From the NCBI GenBank assembly GCA_964016885.1, contig OZ024740.1, positions 345,464,001 through 345,528,000 on the forward strand: 64,000 nt of DNA. The letters run 5' to 3'. Origin of the DNA: Eledone cirrhosa. Taxonomy: Eukaryota. This document shows positions 57,531-64,000 of this stretch, piece by piece. The position numbers were made by a program, and so were the translations under genes. The notes below the pieces were generated by a model. It saw nothing but the letters and a program-made list of their open reading frames with translations, was not told the DNA's origin and did not search any database. Position 1 is the stretch's first letter; each line of letters starts with the position of its first letter.

Positions 57531-59289
57531 ACTCTTGAAATGCTACTTCTGAACTAAGCAATGTTGTTGTTTTTGTTGCTGCTTCTCTTGTTTTTCTATG
57601 CTGCTATTTGTGTGTCAACGTTGTTGTCTACACTTTTATCACCTTCCTAACTTCTGGGAGTGGTTGAAACTATTGTTATAAGAAACTGGTTCATTGTCAA
57701 AATGTGGGGCTGCATGTATCGTAGTTCTTATGTATGTGTCTGCGTGTGTGAATGTACAGTTTATGTCAGTAGGGTGGTTCTTTTATCTTTTTGTTTATTT
57801 TCCTTGTTTTATTCTTGTTATTTTTGTTGTTGGTGGGGGGAGAAGAGGTCTTTTGTGTTGCCTGCAGTGCTGATAGCGGAAGCTGTGAATGACGGAGGCT
57901 AGTGAGGGGCTGGCGGTGTTACACTTAGTGTTGATGTTGTTAGTAACTATTGTTGGCATATTAGGTGTGTTGCTGTTGTTGATTAGCCTCAGGTCAGCTC
58001 TAGCAAAGCCATGGTCGAACACATTCCAGGCGTGACCACCTTGCTTTTTCGTGATATCAATATTATACACCGTGTCCCTTTTTGTAGATGTTAGTATTTG
58101 ATTTGAAGAGAGAGGCTCTTATTTCTAGCTGGTAATAACGATGGTAGTAGTTGTGGTGGTATTGGTAATAGTGGTATTATTGTTGGTGATATCGGTGAAA
58201 ATGATTATGCTTGTGATAGTGAGTATGTTGGTGATAATGGTTGTGCTGATGATTAAGGTGTTTGTAATTATGGCGGTGTTGTGATAATAGTGCCGTTGCT
58301 GATAATGGTAGTAATAAGCATATTAGTAGTTCTGTTTATAGTAATAGTGATGGTGATAGTGACGTTATTGTTGAAAATAGACGGGATATTTTCGTAACAG
58401 TAGTAGCATTGTTGATCTTGTTGTTTTTCTCAAGGTAGATCTGCTTGAGCAGGCATATAAACACAAGCGTTCCTTCCATGACCATCACCTATTGTAATAA
58501 AGAATAATGTATTTATACCTACATTATTTAATGTAACAGAACTAAACATTAAGAAAATCAGAAGAACTGCTATTATATTTAATGAACAAGCCCAGCTCCA
58601 GCAAAGACATTACTTCATATATTGCAAGACTAAAACAGGTAAAGCAATACAAATGATTTGTACATAACCATGTAGACTTTAAAGTAAAATGTACTGCAAC
58701 AAATAAGATTGTCATAATACTTGTGAGATTGACTTAATCCTTCGATTGGTTTAAGACCATCACTTGACACTTCGGTACCTTTAAGAAAAGATCACACAGG
58801 CAAGAATTGAAACTAGGTCTCTAGTTTGAGGATATTTTCCTCCTTCTTTTCATCACACTCACCAGTCTCAGTGACCATGACAAAGACAATGCGCTCTGTC
58901 CTTTGCACCTTGACTGAACACTAAATATATAAAAAATAAAACACTGGAAGTGTTGAACATAAACACGATGAATTTGCAATAAACTGTGAATTGATAACAG
59001 ACAACCTTTGGTAAAATCATCAGAGCGCCAGACAAAATGATTTGCAGGATTTATACCGAATCCTTTCTGAGTTCAAATCCCGCTGAGGTCAGATTTGCTT
59101 GTCATCATTATCATATCGATAGATAAAGTAAAAGTCAAGAGAAGTGGACTGGCTGAGTCGTTAGAGCACCAGATAAGATAACTTGCAATATATATTACCG
59201 CTATATGATTGTGGTGATAGGGTAGTGTTGATGATGGTGTTTGTCTTTGTCTGGGGCCAGTATAGTGGTGCCAGTATAGTGCTGGTATC

Positions 59290-60030
59290 ACAGTGGTAGT
59301 AGTAGTGTTGATGTGGTAGTGTTAGTGTTTGTGCGACAGTGTGGTGGTGGTGGTGGTGGTGGTAGTAGTGGAGGTGTTGGTGGTGGTAGTAGTGGAGGTG
59401 TTGGTGGTGGTGTAGGTAGCGTAGCGGTTTTGCTGTTGTGGGTGGCGGTAGTATTTATATGATGATGGAAAGGCTGGTGATATTAGTAAGGTTTGTGGTG
59501 CTGCAGGAGTTGGTGAGCTGATTTTGTTGTGGAAGAGGAGCTGATGTTGCTAGCAGTAGTTGTAGTAGTGTTGGTGGAAGTGATGGGGAAATGTATGGTG
59601 GGGCAGAATGTGTGGTAGTGGAGCTGTCAGTGTTAGTGGTGGTAGTAGTTATGGCATTGAATGGTGAATAAAACCTGTCTTGATTTTAAACTCACGTCAC
59701 CAACACCATCACCACTACAACAACCAGCATCTTCACAACCACTATTATTGTCAGTCCCACAAAATTCCCGCTACTAACACCACTATCACGACGACAACGA
59801 TGACCATCAACACCACCACCATCACCAACACCACCACCACAACCATCGCTATCTCCCTACCATTAGAATTAACATCGCTTCATATCAACATGACCATCAC
59901 TACAACCACCACCACCACCACCAACAACAACAACAACCCTCCTACCATCCACACACCACCCCAATCAGCATGATCGTCACCACCACCACCACCACCAATC
60001 TCAAGTTCCCACCAACACCACTAACACAAT
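59290..60030. repeat. (GGT/AGT)n-rich tract followed by complementary (ACC/AAC)n-rich tract
   Basis: Composition flips strand at about 59670. Confidence 0.8.
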
Positions 60031-60394
60031 AATGAATAGCACAATCAACATTACCAGACCTTATCTATTCACCATCACCAACCACTATTTTTTTTCATCT
60101 CTTATCAACGTTACTATCTCACACCCTTCAGGCATGATTGTTGGTGGCTGGGTGGGAAGGAATGGGCATGTAATGAGGGCGGCGTCTCTGGTGGTGATGG
60201 TAGTGGATGGCATCAGTGGTAGTGTTAGGGCTATGATAGTTGTGATGAGTAAGCTGCTGAAGCTGTTACTGTCCAGCTAGGGTCAGAGACTACCGCCATC
60301 AGATCGAACAGATCTCTGGTTCGTAAGTTGTCGCGCGATAGTGCAGTATTAATAACAATAACAATAACAATAATAATATTAATAATGATTTCTG

Positions 60395-60520
60395 ATTCAG
60401 GGGAGGGGAAAGTCGGTTAAATCGATCCCAGTGCGTTACATGTACTTTATCATATCGACTCGTAATGATGAAAGTTTAAGCTAACTTCGGCGGGAATTGA
60501 AATCAGAATGTTAAGGGCCA
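60395..60520 (-). mobile_element. Decayed partial SINE
   Basis: GGGGAAAGTCGGTTAAATCGATCCCAGTG..TTCGGCGGGAATTGAAATCAGA. Confidence 0.65.
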
Positions 60521-60881
60521 TAATAATAACATTAGTTATAATAACACTTTCAAGGCTTTTAGGCGGTCATATCATCATCCATAATAAACATTTTATCGAG
60601 ACCATTTGGCGAGCTGCTAGCTCACGGGTAGACGTAAACGCAGACATGGAGGAACAAATAAACACGCGCACACACAGATGCATTCATACATATATACATA
60701 TTTTATTCTATACAGGTACTTTTGTTTTTGTTTTAATACTCAAAGGACTGACTATTTTACCAGACCATCCAAGGTCACAATTGACCATGGTTAGACCAGC
60801 AGTACCGGCGTTTGGGGTTGAAACAGTGTAGATCCATTTCGATAGCCGATAAAGAAAGATCTCATTTTTACTTGCTCATAA

Positions 60882-61585
60882 TCTATACATAATACAAAAA
60901 AAAAAATATTTGTTCGTTGGTTCATTTGCGCCTCACACAAATAATTCGAATTAGGGTATACATAGGAAGGTTAATTGTTACTAATTTTGTAACACCAAAG
61001 AAGAAAAACATTCCGTGTATGCTAACAAACCTGACTACTATTTCTAGCAGGTTGAGAATCAACCATAAGGTTGGTACTTCCATCATCCTTTTGAGAAACG
61101 TGACCAACCACGAATATGCAATGACACACGCTTTATAGACAGGCGGAAGGTGAACCATTTCCTAGGGGGTCACTCACTATTCGCGGAGACAATAATCAAG
61201 GAGAAAGTCCATTTATTCCAAAGATTCCTCTTATTCCATCCTCTACCGAGCTGCATTTGAAATTCTCATGACTTCTGTTCCCTGTTAGAGCCAGTTTTGC
61301 TATGACCATACATACAGCTTAGGCTCAGAGTTTCAAAGTTGTCAGATTGAATACAGGAGAATCAATGTTTACCCAAGGACAGTTATATTAGAAATCGCCA
61401 TATACTATGCATGATCAGTGAAACTAGGAGCCTGGTGTATCTAGTAGATTTAATACAATTTTTTTGTCACTCACACGCCACGGTCTTACATCATTCTGTA
61501 AACCAGACAAACATCCAATGCTCTTCGCTCTGCCTTCTCTAATCATCTGTTTATCCGAGTGAAGCTGGGTTCGTCCGTCAGCTAG
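60882..61585 (+). mobile_element. Candidate non-autonomous Helitron
   Basis: A|TCTATACATAATA start; subterminal hairpin CCGAGTGAAGCTGGG and CAGCTAG|T end, consistent with insertion between A and T. Confidence 0.55.
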
Positions 61586-61604
61586 TCAACAATATACAAA
61601 ACTC

Positions 61605-63375
61605 TCTCCCAATCTCCATTACTCTCTCCGTTAACACCAATCTCTTACTCTCTCTCTCTAACTATCTACACCCATCTCTCTCAATCCCCCTCTTTTTTAT
61701 CTGTTACCACGAAACTCTCTTTCTCTATATAAATCTGCCACAAGACACTATTTTGTTATCCCCCTCTCTACATCTAACACCATTTAACCCTCCCCGTCTC
61801 TATATCTACCATTCACCCATCACTCCCAACACCTCTCTCTATATCTACTAGCACCAATCTCTCCCCTCTCTATCTACCACACGGACTCTCTCTCATTATC
61901 TTCATCTCTAAATCCATAACCACTAATCCCCCCCCCCCTCTCTATATCTACCATGAACCTATCCCTCCCAACACGCCTCACAATATCTGCTGCCACCAAA
62001 TTCTCTCCCTCTCTATATGTACCACACAACACTCTCTTCTAATACCGCTCACTCTATTAATTACCCCTAAACTCTTCCCCTATCTATTTCAACCACACGC
62101 CACTCTCTCATTATCTCTCTCTCTATATCTATTACGACACTATATCTCCCAGCAACCCTCTCTATATCCATTACCACTAAAATCTCCCCTCTCTATATCT
62201 ACCATACACATATCTCTCCCAACAGCTCTGTCTATATCTACTACCAGCAATCTCTCCTCCTCTCTTTATCTACCACACGGCACTCTCTCATTATCTTGCT
62301 CTCTATATCCATAACCAATAAACTTTCCTCTTCACTATACCTACCATGAACCTATCTCCCCCAATACTTCTCTCTATATCTACCATACACCTACCTCCCC
62401 CAAATCTCCTCTCTCTATATCTATCGTACCCCTCACTCTCCCAAAACCCCTCTCTATATCCACTACCTCTAATCTCTCCTCGTCACTCTATCTATCTGCA
62501 CCTATTTCTCCCAACACCCCGCTCTATATCTACTACCACCAAACTCTCCCCCTCTCTTTATCTACCACACGACGCTCTCATGATTTCACTCATAATATCC
62601 AGAACCACTAAATTATCCCACTCTCTATATCTACCGTACAGCACTCTGTCCCAACACCACACTTTATATCTATCATCTTCAAACACTACGCTTCTCTATA
62701 TCAACCACACAGCACTCTCTCTATATCCCCCTCTCTAAATCTAACACAAATAATCCCCCCCCCCTCTCTATTTCTATTACGACACTATCTCTTCCCACAC
62801 CCCTCTCTATTTCCATCATCACTAAACTCTCTCCTCTATATCTATCAAACTCATATCTCTCCCAACATCCCTCTCTGTATTTACTACAGGCATTCTCTAC
62901 CCCTCTCTCTATCTACCACGCGGCACTCTCTTATTATCTTGTTCTCTATATCCATAACCACTAAACTCTTCCCCTCTCTATATCTACCATACATCTACCT
63001 CTCCCAGCAGCACTCTCTATATCTACTACCACCAATCTCACCCCTTCTCTATATGTACCATACAACAGTCTCTCCCAACAAGCCTCTGAATATCGACTAC
63101 TACCAAACTCTCCCCCTCTCTATATCTATCACACGGCACTCTCTCATTATATCACTCTCTATATCCATAACCACTAAACACTTCCCCTCTCTATATCTAC
63201 CGTACAACACTCTCTCCCAACACGTCTCTTTATATCTTCTACCTTCAAATTCTATCCCTCTCTATATCTACTATACGGCACTTTCTTCTAATTCACCTCA
63301 CTCTATTCATTACCACTAAATTCTCCCCCTCTCTATACCAACCACGCGGCAATTTCTCATTATCCTTCTTTTTCT
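61605..63375. repeat. Degenerate pyrimidine-rich minisatellite, ~30-38 bp monomers starting CTCTCTATATCTAC
   Basis: Recurring variants ..CACACGGCACTCTCTCATTATC, ..CATAACCACTAAA and ..CTCTCCCAACA. Confidence 0.85.
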
Positions 63376-63624
63376 ATATAAAACCAATAATCTCCTTTAT
63401 ATTTATATTGTTCAGGAATAAAAATCTTCATATAATATACACGAACGGTAAAACGAAGTATCTGGTGTATCTGTAAGATTATATACATTTTTTTGGTCAC
63501 ACACACAGACACATACACACACACACACACACACGCGCGCACACCACAATCTAGCCTCATACTGTAAAGGAAACAAATATCCAATACTGTCAATTCCTCT
63601 TCTACCTGTCTTCTATCATTTGTG

Positions 63625-63654
63625 TACGCGGGCGAAGCTGGGTACTTCAGCTAG
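63625..63654 (+). mobile_element. Helitron-like 3' terminus
   Basis: GCGGGCGAAGCTGGGTACTTCAGCTAG|T: GC-rich hairpin plus CTAG. Confidence 0.55.
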
Positions 63655-63952
63655 TATTATAACATACCCGTGAGGTACGTGATTCCTTCATACCCCCCTT
63701 ATTTAAGCTGCCTATATATATATATATGTGTGTGCGTCCGTGTCCGTCAGTCCATAAGGCCATTTTAATGTTGCACAATAAGTTACTAGGGTATTTATCT
63801 CAGGGCATCTTCAATGGAACTATCGTCGCTTAAATCCCAATCACACCTACATGTCTTTTGTTCCACTGAAGATATTTTGACACAAATTGGTAAGTCTTTT
63901 ATTTCATGAGACTAAAACGATCGAATAGAATAATACTGATATAGCGATAGGA

Positions 63953-64000
<48 letters not shown>

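Overview
AT-rich, microsatellite-saturated eukaryotic DNA, intronic or intergenic. The SINE family and (TA)n density suggest a cephalopod (Octopus-like) genome; this is an inference. No intact host gene can be supported, and nearly all supplied ORFs are translations of (TA)n/(CA)n repeats. Recognisable content is retroelement debris: four Penelope-like element (PLE) RT/GIY-YIG relics, an R4/Dong-type RLE LINE, RTE, CR1-group and L1/Tx1 fragments, tRNA-derived SINEs and Helitron-like ends. The most striking hidden signal is RNA-structural. More than 20 minimal type I hammerhead ribozyme (HHR) motifs (CTGANGA-stem II-GAAA-short, often palindromic stem III-UH-stem I) from many unrelated families sit in short islands between (TA)n tracts, often inside inverted repeats. 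The best case is a tandem array of three 580-614 bp non-coding units (about 43.84-45.5 kb). Each unit carries an HHR preceded by a conserved octamer (ATGCAAAT)/CTGCTCAGCC/TATATA module, a retrozyme/satellite-2-like architecture. Also noted: a shared GAGYRCT tail motif, one 3' tail shared by two divergent PLE families, and a candidate 13-nt microexon on the minus strand. All structures were paired by eye and boundaries are approximate.
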